Below, one piece after another: positions 30,050 to 40,706 of a stretch of 64,000 bases of DNA. A model generated the notes under the pieces. That model worked only from the letters and a program-made list of their open reading frames with translations. It was not told where the DNA came from and made no database searches. Position 1 is the stretch's first letter, and each line of letters begins with the position of its first letter. Position numbers and translations under genes: made by a program. The stretch comes from Minisyncoccota bacterium (lineage in GTDB: Bacteria; Patescibacteriota; Minisyncoccia; UBA6257; HR35): NCBI GenBank assembly GCA_032249155.1, contig JAVVGJ010000002.1:10836-74835 (forward strand), given 5' to 3'.

Positions 30050-30058
30050 ATTATACCA
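30050..30058 (-). promoter_or_regulatory. Extended -10 promoter for tRNA-His, overlapping the upstream stop codon
   Basis: TGGTATAAT. Confidence 0.6.
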
Positions 30059-30866
30059 CCAAAATTTCCTCTATAATCCTTTTTAAATTCTTAATCTCTT
30101 CATCATTTAAACCACTTATCTTTTTTAAATAACTATCATCTTTATTTAAAAAATCTTTAATAGAAACAATATCATAGTTAAAAAGAGAAGTTAAAGTTTT
30201 TTTAGAAAGGAAATCAAAAATGGTTAAAGGGTAAAAATGTTTTTCTTCTATGAGTTTTGGCAAATTTTTTTCTAAAGGAAAATTCCAGGAAAGGAGATTA
30301 ATAGAGTAGCATTTAGCAAATTCAACAGCTTCTGAGGTAAATTTAGTGTTAGTAACCAGAAGAAGTTTATAATCTTTATTTGTTTTCAAAATATCTAAAT
30401 GTCTTGCATAAGCATAAAGTACTGTTTTAATATCATTTTTTTTACCTTTTTCTTGATGAAATTTACATTCTCCTAAAAATTTTTCATTATTCTTTTCAAC
30501 CAAAAGATCTATCTCATAACTTAAACAAAAACCTTTAAAAATTAGGTTATGTTTAGCAAAATATCCATATTCTTTGAATAGATGGGCAATATATTTCTCG
30601 AAAGGATAACCGCTAGGGCCTAAAAGATAAAGAGAGTTTTTAAGATTAAATCTATAAGCACTGCTTCTTTTTTCTTTCTTTAATTCTTCGAAAATAAATC
30701 TATAAAGCTCTTTAGTGGTAACTACTTCTGGTAATTTTTCTTTAATTTTTTTTAAAATTTTCTCTATATCTTCTTCTGAAACTTTAGCTCTTTTTAAAGC
30801 AGAAATTACTTTCTCTTCTCTATATTCTTCTTTAGTTTTATCACTTTTGATAACATAAAGTAGCAT
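30051..30866 (-). CDS. ATP-cone plus Mrr-like PD-(D/E)xK endonuclease domain protein
   Basis: YVIKSD..EEY..EKV..AL ATP-cone; GYPFEKYIA, EIDLL, ECKFH, LVTNTKFT. Confidence 0.8.
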   Translation of the reverse strand: MLLYVIKSDKTKEEYREEKVISALKRAKVSEEDIEKILKKIKEKLPEVVTTKELYRFIFEELKKEKRSSAYRFNLKNSLYLLGPSGYPFEKYIAHLFKEYGYFAKHNLIFKGFCLSYEIDLLVEKNNEKFLGECKFHQEKGKKNDIKTVLYAYARHLDILKTNKDYKLLLVTNTKFTSEAVEFAKCYSINLLSWNFPLEKNLPKLIEEKHFYPLTIFDFLSKKTLTSLFNYDIVSIKDFLNKDDSYLKKISGLNDEEIKNLKRIIEEILVV

Positions 30867-31390
30867 TAATCTTTAAAATTTTTATATGCTTTTTCAATTC
30901 TTTTTATGGCTTCACTTCTGTCAAGCCAGTCTTTAACTTTAACCCATTTTCCTGGTTCTAAGGTTTTATAATTTTCAAAAAAGTGTTTAATTTTATTTTT
31001 TATAGCTTCGGGGATTTCATTAATATTTTTATAAGTACCTTCAATAGGATCGATTTTTTCGACAGGAACAGCTAAAATTTTTTCATCTAAACCTGCTTCA
31101 TCTTCCATAATTAAAACTCCAATTGGTTTTACTTTTATAAGAGATCCTGGCAAAACAGGAAGATCGCAAATTACTAAAACATCAACAGGATCACCATCAT
31201 CGGCTAAAGTATGTGGCATAAAACCATAATTAAAAGGATAAACCATAGCAGTATGGAGGAATCTGTCAACTTTTAAAAAACCTGTTTCTTTATCAAGTTC
31301 ATATTTAACACTTGTACCTTGAGGTATTTCAATAACGACGTAAAACTCTTCAAAGGATTCTAAATTGCTATTTATTTTTTTAAGATCCAT
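30866..31390 (-). CDS. ppa: Inorganic pyrophosphatase (family I)
   Basis: [36 protein letters not shown]; start placed at the ATG. Confidence 0.95.
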   Translation of the reverse strand: MDLKKINSNLESFEEFYVVIEIPQGTSVKYELDKETGFLKVDRFLHTAMVYPFNYGFMPHTLADDGDPVDVLVICDLPVLPGSLIKVKPIGVLIMEDEAGLDEKILAVPVEKIDPIEGTYKNINEIPEAIKNKIKHFFENYKTLEPGKWVKVKDWLDRSEAIKRIEKAYKNFKD

Positions 31391-31407
31391 TTTTAACAAA
31401 AATTAAA

Positions 31408-32514
31408 TTAACTTTCCGACCCTAATGGTTCAGCTACTCCTCCTTCAACTAACTTTTCTGGTGCTGAAGCTAAACGAACATCTATTTTCCAACCAGTTAA
31501 ACGTGCGGCTAACTTTATATTTTGTCCTTTAGCTCCTATTGCTAATGGTAAATTGGCTTCATCAACTAAAACAAGCATTGTTCTTTTAGGCATTTGCCTA
31601 ACTTCTAAAACTTTTGCTGGGACCAATGCATTGGCAACATATTTTGTCGGATCTTCATCCCATAAAACAACATCGATTTTTTCGTTATTTAATTCATTCA
31701 TTATCGAAATAATTCTTGCTCCTTTGGCCCCAATGCAAGCACCAATAGGATCAATATTTGGAGATTTTGACCAAACAGCTATTTTGCTTCTTACTCCTGG
31801 TTCTCTAGCTATACCTTTTATTTCTACTAAACCCTCGGCTATTTCTGGTACCTCCACTTGAAAAATAGCTGGAATGAAGAGAGGATGCGCTCTAGAAAGA
31901 AAAACTTTTACTCCTTGCGGAGTATTTTCAACAGCATAAACATAAAATCTCATTCTTTGCCCTGGCTTACAGTTTTCTCCAGGTATGGTTTCATTTTTAA
32001 ACATCACACCTAAAATTCTTCCTAGATTAACAAGAATATTACCGTTAGCATCCTTTTTTTCTATAGTACCCGAAATAACTTTGCCTTCCTTTAATTTAAA
32101 TTCTTCATAAAGGTTTTCTTTTTCAGCTTCTCTTATTTTTTGAATAATTACTTGCTTAGCTACTTGAGCTCCAATTCTGCTAAAATCTTCTATTGCTGGA
32201 AGTTCAAGTAAAATTTCTTCACCACAAACAGCGTGAGGATTTATCTTTTTAGCTTCTTCGAGCATAATTTCTTTTGTTTCATCGAAATTTTTTTCTTTAA
32301 GCTCTTCTTCGCAAACAACAGTTTTAGCTAAATAAAATTTTATTTCTCCAGAAGCAGTTTTCCTTGCTTTAACTATGCCCTCTTTAATATTTTGATCTCT
32401 TTTATAAGCAGCACTTAAAGCACTTAAAAAAGCTTCTTCGACAACATTTAAAGGAAGATTGTATTCTTCAGCTATCTTTTCTAAATAACTTTGAAAACTT
32501 TTAATATTAATCAT
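31408..32514 (-). CDS. nusA: Transcription factor NusA
   Basis: RIGAQVAKQVI.QKIREAE, AREPG.RSKIAV, GACIG, AIG..GQNIKLAARLTGWKID. Confidence 0.96.
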   Translation of the reverse strand: MINIKSFQSYLEKIAEEYNLPLNVVEEAFLSALSAAYKRDQNIKEGIVKARKTASGEIKFYLAKTVVCEEELKEKNFDETKEIMLEEAKKINPHAVCGEEILLELPAIEDFSRIGAQVAKQVIIQKIREAEKENLYEEFKLKEGKVISGTIEKKDANGNILVNLGRILGVMFKNETIPGENCKPGQRMRFYVYAVENTPQGVKVFLSRAHPLFIPAIFQVEVPEIAEGLVEIKGIAREPGVRSKIAVWSKSPNIDPIGACIGAKGARIISIMNELNNEKIDVVLWDEDPTKYVANALVPAKVLEVRQMPKRTMLVLVDEANLPLAIGAKGQNIKLAARLTGWKIDVRLASAPEKLVEGGVAEPLGSES

Positions 32515-32522
32515 TTTCTAAA

Positions 32523-32531
32523 ATTATAACA
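32523..32531 (-). promoter_or_regulatory. Extended -10 promoter; near-leaderless nusA mRNA
   Basis: TGTTATAAT followed by 8 nt then ATG. Confidence 0.62.
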
Positions 32532-32567
32532 CAAATTAAAACTACTAAATTTAAAAATTTTTTAAAG

Positions 32568-33380
32568 TTATCTCAAAAGAGGATTAGAAGCACCTCTAAC
32601 TTCGAAATGAAGATGGCAACCTGTAGCTCCTTTTGTTTTTCCAGTATTTCCTACATAACCTATAAGATCTCCTTTTTCTATATATTCTCCTTCTTCAGCA
32701 ACTCTTAAGCTTAAATGCCCATAAAGAGTGGAAAAACCTTTATGATAAATAACTATATAATTACCGTAACCTCCATTCCAACCATCTTTAGAAATAACCA
32801 CATAACCGCTTTGCGAAGCATAAACAGGTTCACCACAAGGAGCAGCAATATCTGTAGCATTGTTTCCATGCCTTTCACCAAAATTAAATCCAGAAACAGG
32901 TATGATGATATTTCCTAAACTTTCTAATGCAGAAACAAATTTAGATCTATATTTTCCTTTCGGCTCAACAAAAGTTTTTTGACTTACTTCTACTAAATTT
33001 GATTTTTCTCCAGGAATTTTTATTTTCATACCATAAACTAAATCTGTTTCTTTTTTAAAACCATTTAAAACCATAAGATCATCAATGGGAACTTTAAGCT
33101 TTTTACTCAAACTCCAAAGAGTATCTCCTTTTTTAACTTTATAAAACCAAAACTTTTGATTAATTTTTTGAGAAACAATTTTTTCTAATTCTTCATCATT
33201 AATCTCATATTCATAATCTAGAAAACCAATTTCTGTTTTTTGTAAGTAGGAAACATTTCCTAAGTTGCTATTCAAATCTGTTGAAAGAAAATCTTCTCCA
33301 AAAGCTAATCTAAAAACGAAAAATAAAGCTATAAAATAAAAAAAGTACTTTAAATAATAAGTACTAATTTTTGATTTCAA
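32568..33380 (-). CDS. LysM plus M23 peptidase domain protein
   Basis: YKVKKGDTLW LysM; HGNNATD, YGNY, YGHLS, HLHFEV. Confidence 0.9.
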   Translation of the reverse strand: MKSKISTYYLKYFFYFIALFFVFRLAFGEDFLSTDLNSNLGNVSYLQKTEIGFLDYEYEINDEELEKIVSQKINQKFWFYKVKKGDTLWSLSKKLKVPIDDLMVLNGFKKETDLVYGMKIKIPGEKSNLVEVSQKTFVEPKGKYRSKFVSALESLGNIIIPVSGFNFGERHGNNATDIAAPCGEPVYASQSGYVVISKDGWNGGYGNYIVIYHKGFSTLYGHLSLRVAEEGEYIEKGDLIGYVGNTGKTKGATGCHLHFEVRGASNPLLR

Positions 33381-33434
33381 GATTTATTTTCGTCCTTAGT
33401 AAAATAATTATATCAAAAAAAGATTTTTAAAAAA

Positions 33435-34166
33435 ATGAAAAAGAGGATAAAATTTAGCCAAGTTTTCCTAAAAAATCAAAGCTATCTTAAAAAAATTGCT
33501 TCTGCCTTAGATATAAGTGAAAATGATATTATTGTGGAAATTGGAGGCGGCAGAGGTGAGTTAACAAAGTTTTTAACAAAAGCAAAAAAACTTTTTGTTT
33601 ATGAAATTGATAAAAATTTAGTTAACATTTTAAAAGAAAAGTTTAAAAGCTTTGAAAATGTTTTTATTATAAATCAAGATTTTCTTAAAGCTGATTTAAG
33701 TGAATATAAAGAGAGTTATAAGCTTGTTGGAAATATTCCTTACGAAATTACAGGAAAAATTTTTAGAAAAGTTCTTAATGAAAAAAATAAACCCAAGCTT
33801 CTTGTTTTTACTTTACAAAAAGAAGTTGGAGAAAAAATTATAGGTAAAGGAAAAATTAGTTTTTGGCATATTTGGATAAAAACTTTGGGAATAGTTAAGA
33901 ATTTGGGAATAATCAAAAAAGAAAATTTTTCTCCTATTCCCAAAGTAGATTCAATGATTATCAAAATAGAATTTTACGAAAAACCTCTTGTAAAGGATCC
34001 AGAAAAATTTGTAAAATTTCTAAAAATTCTTTTTAATTCACCAAACAAAAAACTAAAACATAAAATCAAAAATTTACCAGAAAATTACAAAGAAAAAAGA
34101 ATTTTCGAACTTAATTTCGAAGAAATCAAAAAACTTTATGAAAATCTATTTGACTTCTACTCTTAG
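33435..34166 (+). CDS. rsmA: 16S rRNA adenine dimethyltransferase
   Basis: SQVFL, VEIGGGRG, EID, VGNIPYEI, QKEV, FSPIPKVDS. Confidence 0.9.
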   Translation: MKKRIKFSQVFLKNQSYLKKIASALDISENDIIVEIGGGRGELTKFLTKAKKLFVYEIDKNLVNILKEKFKSFENVFIINQDFLKADLSEYKESYKLVGNIPYEITGKIFRKVLNEKNKPKLLVFTLQKEVGEKIIGKGKISFWHIWIKTLGIVKNLGIIKKENFSPIPKVDSMIIKIEFYEKPLVKDPEKFVKFLKILFNSPNKKLKHKIKNLPENYKEKRIFELNFEEIKKLYENLFDFYS

Positions 34167-35042
34167 ATTAAATTCATTATTATTTTCATTGCTTGCCCTA
34201 AGTAATTTGCTAAACTAGATGTGCTTATTTTGTTTTCTGGTGTTTCTGGATAAGGATATCTATAAAATTCCATACCAAAAACTTCTAGGTGGGGAAGTTG
34301 GGTTGTTGGTGGGGGTGTTTGAATTCTACTTATAACTTTTACAGAATCTGAAAGTGATCTAACTGGCATTTCCGGACAAATTTGTGGTGCTAAACATTTA
34401 GGATTGAAATCACAGGTAAAAGTATAAGTATATTCTCCTTGAGGTAAATTAAATGGTACTCTTTCACTTCCTTGAGGAGAAAGATTGGTTCTATTCCAAT
34501 TAGGAACTTCACCACGACAAGAAACTTCAAACATTCTTGGATCATATTCTGCTCTCCAAGAAAGATTAAGTGTTGTAGAACTGTAAACTGTTATAGGACC
34601 GTCAGAATAATTAATTTTTAGATCTACCTTAGGTGTTGAAACTCTTGGTTGAACATAAACCTCAACATAATCAAAAGCTATAAAATCTTCAAAATTTGGA
34701 CTTCCAGAAACTTGCCCTAAGAGAGGCTCAAGATTTTTAGGTAAAGAGGCACAAATTAAAGCATAAGTATATTTACCCTGCCTCCATAAAGTATAAGAGG
34801 TTTGGCCATTAGGATTTCTTACTCCTTTCCAACTTCCTAAAGCATAACAAAACTCTGCTTGCCCTTGCCATTTAAGATAAATCCTTGAACCAGAAGTAAC
34901 ATAAAGAGGTCCATCAGAAAGATTTTGAGTTGAAGTACCAACTTTGATATCTATAAATGCTGAACTTCCTGTTTGACCTAAAACAAATATTATTGGGGAA
35001 AAAAGAGGTTAAGATTAGTAATAAAATTATCTTTTTAAACAT
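34163..35042 (-). pseudogene. Secreted tandem Ig-like surface protein, frameshifted in its signal peptide
   Basis: Frame of ORF 34163-34534 stays open to about 35008; ATG at 35042 (MFKKIILLLILTS) is out of frame by one base at a T6C4 tract. Confidence 0.72.
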
Positions 35043-35138
35043 TGATTTTTTTACCTAATTCGACCTTCTTTTACTTTAGATTTTAAAAAACTTTTTTGAA
35101 AAAAAATTAATTTGTGGAAATAAAATTATAGTTAAATA

Positions 35139-37586
35139 ATGGATTTTTTAGAGAAATTTAGAGAAATAAATAGAAAAACTTTAGAAGAGATAGAAAAATT
35201 TTTAGAAACCAGTGCTGATGGGTTAAGTGAAAAAGAAGCAGAAAGTCGTCTTAAAAATTATGGAGAAAATATTATTTTTACCTTCAAAATAGACATTTTG
35301 GAAATAATAAAGAGAAATTTTTTAAATCTTTTCAATCTGCTTTTGCTTTTTGCTGGTTTATTTTCTTTTTTCTTGCAAGAATCAAAAATAGAGTCTTTTT
35401 TAATTATTTTTTTCTTTTTTCTTTCAGTTTTTATTTCTACATTCCAAGATTATAAATCCTCAAAACTTTTAGAAGACTTAATTAAAATTTTCAAAAATTA
35501 TGCTTACGTAAAAAGAGAAGGAATTTGGAAAAAAATAGAACAAAAATTTCTGGTTCCAGGAGATTTAGTTAAAGTAAAAGCTGGAGATATTGTTCCTGCT
35601 GATATTATCTTAACTAAATCGGAAGATTTTTTAATTGACGAATCAATTTTAACAGGAGAAAACGTACCTGTTTTTAAAAATGAAAAAGAAAAAGAAAATT
35701 TTGGCAACATTCTTTTTTCAGGTAGTTCGGTAATCAAAGGAGAAGGTGAAGGTTATGTTATTTTTACAGGCAAAGAAAGTTTTGCTGGTTCTTTAGCCAA
35801 AAAAATTTTAGAAATTAAAAAAGAAACAATTTATAAAAAAATCTTAGATGACTTTGCTAAAAAAATATTTTATTTTGCTTTACTTTTAGGAGTTTTACTT
35901 TTTATAAACAATATCATTAAAGGCCAATTTATAAGTATTAAAGAATTTACAATTTTTGTTATCGTTTTAATTGTAGCTATGGTTCCTGAATTTTTACCCG
36001 CAATGACAGTTTTAACTTTAAGTTTTACTGGAAAAAGACTTTCTAAAAAAGGACTTTTAATTAAAAGGCTTTCGGTTATTGAAGATTTAGGTACAATAGA
36101 AATTATTACTACAGATAAAACCGGCACCATTACCACTAACAAGCTTAAACTTAAAAATATAATTTCTGAAGATAAGGAGACTTTTATTAAATTTTTCTTA
36201 GCTGATTTTTATTTTTCAAAAGAAGAAACTCCTTACGAAAGTGCTATTTTAGAAAAAATAAAGAATTTGCCTGATTATAGCGACTTAGAATTTATTGAAG
36301 ATGTTCCTTTTGATCCACTAAAAAGAATAGAAAAATTAATAGTTAAAAATAAAAATGATGGAGAAATTATTGAGATAATAAAAGGAGCACCTGAGGAAAT
36401 TATCAAAAATTTTTTTAATAATAATGAAAAATATTTAGATGAGTTCTTCAAAGAGGATGAAAGTGGTTTTCGTACTTTAGCTTTAGCTCTTAAAATAGAA
36501 AATACTTATAAATACTTAGGAATAGCTTCTTTTGAAGATCCCTTAAAAAAAGAATCTTTCGAAGCGGTTAAATTGGCAAAAAAGATGAATGTAGAAATAA
36601 AAATTTTGACGGGAGACTCGCCAAAAGTAGCAAAAAAAGCAGGTTTAGATTTAGGAATTATAGACGAAGAAGAAAAAGTAATTACAGGTGAAGAAATTAG
36701 AAATTTAAGCGAAAAGGATTTAGAAGAGATTGTTTTTAAACACCATATATTTGCTAGGCTTTATCCAGATGATAAATTAAGGATTATTAAGATTTTAAAA
36801 AATAAAAAACCAACGCTTTTTTTAGGAGAAGGCATAAATGATCTTTTAGCATTAAGAGAGGCTGATGTTTCTATTGTTGTTGATTCTGCTGCTGAAATAT
36901 GTAAAGAGGAAGCAGATATTATTATGCTGGATAAAGATTTAAAAGATATTGTTGACGCTGTTTATGAAGGAAGAAAAGCCTTAGAAAACATCGGTAAATA
37001 TATTAAACATACAATGAGTGATAATTTTGGTAATTTAATTTCAGTTTCTTTTCTTACTTTATATCTTCCTTATCTTCCTTTAAAACCTCTTCAAGTTCTT
37101 TTAACAAATTTTCTCACTGATATTCCCCTAATTGCTTTTGCTAATGACAAAGTTAATGATGAAGATATTGCTAAACCAGTTAATTTTGATAATAAAAAAC
37201 TTTTGCTTTTGCTTTTGCTTTTGGGATTTTCGGCAGCCCTTGTAAACATTTTAGCTTATCTTTATATAAGAAACGAAGATGAAAAGACCGTCAGAACTTT
37301 TATATTTTTAATTACCACTTTAACAGGACTTTTAGTTTCTTTCCTAATTAGAAATAAAAGTATTTTCATCAAACAAAAATTTAATTTTTTTCTTTTCTTT
37401 AGCATTTTTTTAGCTTTAGTACTTACAATCATTTTTATCAAAATTCCATTTTTAGCTCAACTTTTCGATTTCAAAGATATTTCTTTTAAGCATTCAATTT
37501 TTATTTTAATTTTGCTTATAATTTTTATGTTGCTTACAGAAGTTTCAAAAATAATTTTCTACAAAAAATTTCCTGAATCCTTATGA
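35139..37586 (+). CDS. P-type cation-transporting ATPase (MgtA-like)
   Basis: DESILTGE, PEFLP, DKTGT, KGAPE, LTGD, GEGIND, SDNFGN. Confidence 0.9.
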   Translation: MDFLEKFREINRKTLEEIEKFLETSADGLSEKEAESRLKNYGENIIFTFKIDILEIIKRNFLNLFNLLLLFAGLFSFFLQESKIESFLIIFFFFLSVFISTFQDYKSSKLLEDLIKIFKNYAYVKREGIWKKIEQKFLVPGDLVKVKAGDIVPADIILTKSEDFLIDESILTGENVPVFKNEKEKENFGNILFSGSSVIKGEGEGYVIFTGKESFAGSLAKKILEIKKETIYKKILDDFAKKIFYFALLLGVLLFINNIIKGQFISIKEFTIFVIVLIVAMVPEFLPAMTVLTLSFTGKRLSKKGLLIKRLSVIEDLGTIEIITTDKTGTITTNKLKLKNIISEDKETFIKFFLADFYFSKEETPYESAILEKIKNLPDYSDLEFIEDVPFDPLKRIEKLIVKNKNDGEIIEIIKGAPEEIIKNFFNNNEKYLDEFFKEDESGFRTLALALKIENTYKYLGIASFEDPLKKESFEAVKLAKKMNVEIKILTGDSPKVAKKAGLDLGIIDEEEKVITGEEIRNLSEKDLEEIVFKHHIFARLYPDDKLRIIKILKNKKPTLFLGEGINDLLALREADVSIVVDSAAEICKEEADIIMLDKDLKDIVDAVYEGRKALENIGKYIKHTMSDNFGNLISVSFLTLYLPYLPLKPLQVLLTNFLTDIPLIAFANDKVNDEDIAKPVNFDNKKLLLLLLLLGFSAALVNILAYLYIRNEDEKTVRTFIFLITTLTGLLVSFLIRNKSIFIKQKFNFFLFFSIFLALVLTIIFIKIPFLAQLFDFKDISFKHSIFILILLIIFMLLTEVSKIIFYKKFPESL

Positions 37587-38626
37587 AAGAGATAATTAAA
37601 ACACTTACTTATTTAGATAGAAAAAAAGATTTTAGTTTTAATAAAAAAGAAGTAGATTTTTTAATTAATTTAAATAAAAATCTTTTTGATCATATTGACA
37701 GCAAACTAAATAATGAGTTTACTTACGGCTTCAATTTACACGGTAAAGATCATATAAGAAGCGTTTTTAAAAATGCCTTATTTTTCTACAAAAAAATAAA
37801 AAATAAAATCAATGATAAAACTTTAGCTGTTTCTATTCTTTACCATGATGTCGGCAATTTAATAGAAAGAAAAAATCATCATTTCTTTTCTAAAAAAATT
37901 CTTGAAGAAATATTTAAAAATTACGAGTTTAAAAATTTAGAAGAAGAAAAAATAATTTCTTCGGTTTACTTTCATGAATTGGAAGGTATAAAATCTTCTC
38001 CGCTAAAAATAAAGCTTTTTGAAAATTTTTTTAAAAATAAAAAATTAGATTTAATATCTTTTAAAAGATTTGAAAGGCAAATAGAAAAATTAAACCGCTT
38101 GCTTCCAGAAGAAAGTAAAATTCTTTTTATTGCTGATAATTTAGATATAGGTCCCCATAGACTTCCTATAAAAAACTTCAAATCGCAAGATTTCTTTATC
38201 ACAGAAAAGGATATACATATTTTTATAAACTCTCTTTGGAAATTTGAAGGTGCAGATTTTTTAAAAGAAGAATTAACTCTTACTTTTAAATTTAACCCTT
38301 ATTTAAAAAAATCAAAAGTTAAAAACAAAACCCTTTACAGATTAATTTTTAAAGGAAAAAGAATTTATTTTCCTGATTGGGCCTACAAAATTTATAAAAA
38401 TCATCATATATCTTTCTTTGATATTTCCTTAGCTTCTCTTTTTGCACTTTATAAAGAGTTAATCTACGTTTTCTTTCTTTTAAATAAAATTTTCAAAAAA
38501 GATATAAAACTTAAATTTGTAGATGAGAAAGGTTATTTCGAAAGAATTATTTATCTCAAAAAAGAAAATTTTTCAAAAAATATGTATTACGGACTTATAC
38601 TTCCTTTCAGACTTCACAAAATCTAA
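37583..38626 (+). CDS. HD-superfamily phosphohydrolase-like protein
   Basis: HGKDH...LYHDVG...HH...HE...ADNLD. Confidence 0.72.
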   Translation: MKEIIKTLTYLDRKKDFSFNKKEVDFLINLNKNLFDHIDSKLNNEFTYGFNLHGKDHIRSVFKNALFFYKKIKNKINDKTLAVSILYHDVGNLIERKNHHFFSKKILEEIFKNYEFKNLEEEKIISSVYFHELEGIKSSPLKIKLFENFFKNKKLDLISFKRFERQIEKLNRLLPEESKILFIADNLDIGPHRLPIKNFKSQDFFITEKDIHIFINSLWKFEGADFLKEELTLTFKFNPYLKKSKVKNKTLYRLIFKGKRIYFPDWAYKIYKNHHISFFDISLASLFALYKELIYVFFLLNKIFKKDIKLKFVDEKGYFERIIYLKKENFSKNMYYGLILPFRLHKI

Positions 38627-40059
38627 CCCTTAACTACTCCTATAGGTACTAATTTTGCTAATTTTTTAGCAATACCGATTTGGTGAACGACTTCGACAAC
38701 CTCAGAAACATCTTTATAAGCAACTGGTGCTTCTTCAGCAAGACCTGACATACTTCCAGCAGCCACAGCTATTCCTCTTTTTTCAAGTTCTTTTTTTAGC
38801 TCACTTCCTTTAATTTTTCTTTTTGCTTCTGCTCTAGACATAACTCTTCCTGCGCCATGAGGAGCTGAACCAAAAGAAATTTCTTTAGCAAGCTCTTGGC
38901 CAATTAAGATATAACTTGAAGTTCCCATTGAACCTGGAATTAATGTTGGTTGACCAATTTCTTGATATTTTGGTGCTAATTCTGGGTGCCCTTTCCAAAA
39001 AGCTCTTGTGGCTCCTTTTCGATGAACAATTAACTTTTTACCTTCATACTCTTCAATCTTAACAATATTATGAGCCACATCATAAACTTGTTTTAATTTA
39101 ATTTCTTTGCCAAAAACTTTTTTAAAGGCTTTTCTAACTTGATGTAAAATAAGTTGTCTATTAGCAAAAGCAAAATTGGCTGCAGCTTTCATAGCTGATA
39201 AATAATTTTGACCTTCTGGATGAAGGTAAGGAAAATAAGCTAATTCTCTATCGGGTAATTCTATTTTTTGTTTGTCTATATAATTTAAAGCTTGGCGAAT
39301 ATAATCAGTAGCTACTTGATGACCTAAACCTCTGCTACCACAATGAATTAAAACAGCAATTTTTCCTTTTTCTAAACCTAATTTTTTTGCTATATCTTCA
39401 TCAAAAATTTCTTGCACTCTTTGAACTTCAACAAAATGATTCCCTGCTCCCATTGTTCCCAATTGATCTCTGCCTCTGTCTTTGGCTGTCTTAGAAACAG
39501 CTTCAGCATCTGCTCCCTCCAATCTTCCAAAACTTTCAGTTGCTTCCAAATCTTCTTTTTCTCCATAACCAAGTTCAACAATATATTGTGCTCCCTTTTC
39601 TAAAACTTTTTTCATTTCATCATTATTTAATTTCCAAAAGCCTCCTCTACCAACTCCAGAAGGAACTTGTTTAAATATTTCTTCAGTTAATTTAGGAATT
39701 TTATCTTTTACTTCTTCATAATCTAAATCTGTTACTGCTAGTCTTACCCCACAGTTGATGTCATAACCACAAATTCCAGGAGAAATTATTCCTTCATCAT
39801 AATCAAAAGCAGCAATTCCACCAACAGGCATTCCGTATCCTTCATGAATATCTGGCATAGCCAAGGCATATTTATAAATTCCTGGAAGTGAAGCAACATT
39901 TGTAAGCTGCCATAAACTCTTATCTTCTAAAATATCATCTAGCATATTTTCGTCAGCAAAAATTCTAGCAGTAACTTTCATGTCTTCACGGAAATTTTTA
40001 GGTATTTCCCAAATGTAATTTGAAATTTTTATAAGATCTCCCTTTTTAGGAAGCTTCAT
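38623..40059 (-). CDS. rtcB: RNA ligase RtcB
   Basis: MPDIHEGYG, GYDINCG, GNHFVE, HCGSRG, HN, HRKGAT, PGSMG, HGAGR, EEAP.AYK. Confidence 0.96.
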   Translation of the reverse strand: MKLPKKGDLIKISNYIWEIPKNFREDMKVTARIFADENMLDDILEDKSLWQLTNVASLPGIYKYALAMPDIHEGYGMPVGGIAAFDYDEGIISPGICGYDINCGVRLAVTDLDYEEVKDKIPKLTEEIFKQVPSGVGRGGFWKLNNDEMKKVLEKGAQYIVELGYGEKEDLEATESFGRLEGADAEAVSKTAKDRGRDQLGTMGAGNHFVEVQRVQEIFDEDIAKKLGLEKGKIAVLIHCGSRGLGHQVATDYIRQALNYIDKQKIELPDRELAYFPYLHPEGQNYLSAMKAAANFAFANRQLILHQVRKAFKKVFGKEIKLKQVYDVAHNIVKIEEYEGKKLIVHRKGATRAFWKGHPELAPKYQEIGQPTLIPGSMGTSSYILIGQELAKEISFGSAPHGAGRVMSRAEAKRKIKGSELKKELEKRGIAVAAGSMSGLAEEAPVAYKDVSEVVEVVHQIGIAKKLAKLVPIGVVKG

Positions 40060-40700
40060 TTGTTTTCTATTTCTTTTTCTATTTCTTTTTCTAAGGAATC
40101 AAAAGAAGTTAAATTGACAAAGCGATTATTAACAAAAAAACTTGGTGTGCCAGTAAGCCCTAAGCTTAAAGCTTCTTTTCTTTCTTCTAAAATCTTATTT
40201 TTTATTTCTTGACTTTCATAATCTTCTTCAAATTTTTCAAGATCTAAATTAAGTTCTTGGGCATATTTAATAAAAAGTTCTTTAGGATTTTGTGAATTCT
40301 TCCATTCATCTTGCCTTGAAAACAAAATGTCATGCATTTCCCAAAATTTTCCCTGTTTTCCTGCTGCCTCGGCTGCTTGTGAAGCATAAACAGCTTTTGG
40401 ATGGATTTCAATTAAAGGAAAGTGTCTATAAACCAATGCTATTTCATCTTTATATTTTTCTTTCAAATTTTTAGTTATTGGTACAAAAGCTCGACAGGCT
40501 GGACATTCAAAATCAGAATATTCATAAACTATTACTTTGGCTTTTTTAGGATCACCCCAAATATGATCTTCTTCTCGTAAACTTAAATTATACTCTTTCT
40601 TTACAATTCTAAAACTACTTACAAAACCCATAAAAATAAGAGAAAAAATGCTTATCCCCACAAAAATGAGTAAAAACAAATTATTTCTTTCTCCTTTCAT
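40056..40700 (-). CDS. DsbA-family oxidoreductase (second copy)
   Basis: EYSDFECPAC, YRHFPL, GLTGTPSF. Confidence 0.9.
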   Translation of the reverse strand: MKGERNNLFLLIFVGISIFSLIFMGFVSSFRIVKKEYNLSLREEDHIWGDPKKAKVIVYEYSDFECPACRAFVPITKNLKEKYKDEIALVYRHFPLIEIHPKAVYASQAAEAAGKQGKFWEMHDILFSRQDEWKNSQNPKELFIKYAQELNLDLEKFEEDYESQEIKNKILEERKEALSLGLTGTPSFFVNNRFVNLTSFDSLEKEIEKEIENK

Positions 40701-40706
40701 AAGTTT

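Noticed and set aside
37200-37225. (CTTTTG)n microsatellite in the P-type ATPase
   Set aside because: Encodes a poly-Leu TM segment; the unit is a multiple of 3, so no phase switch
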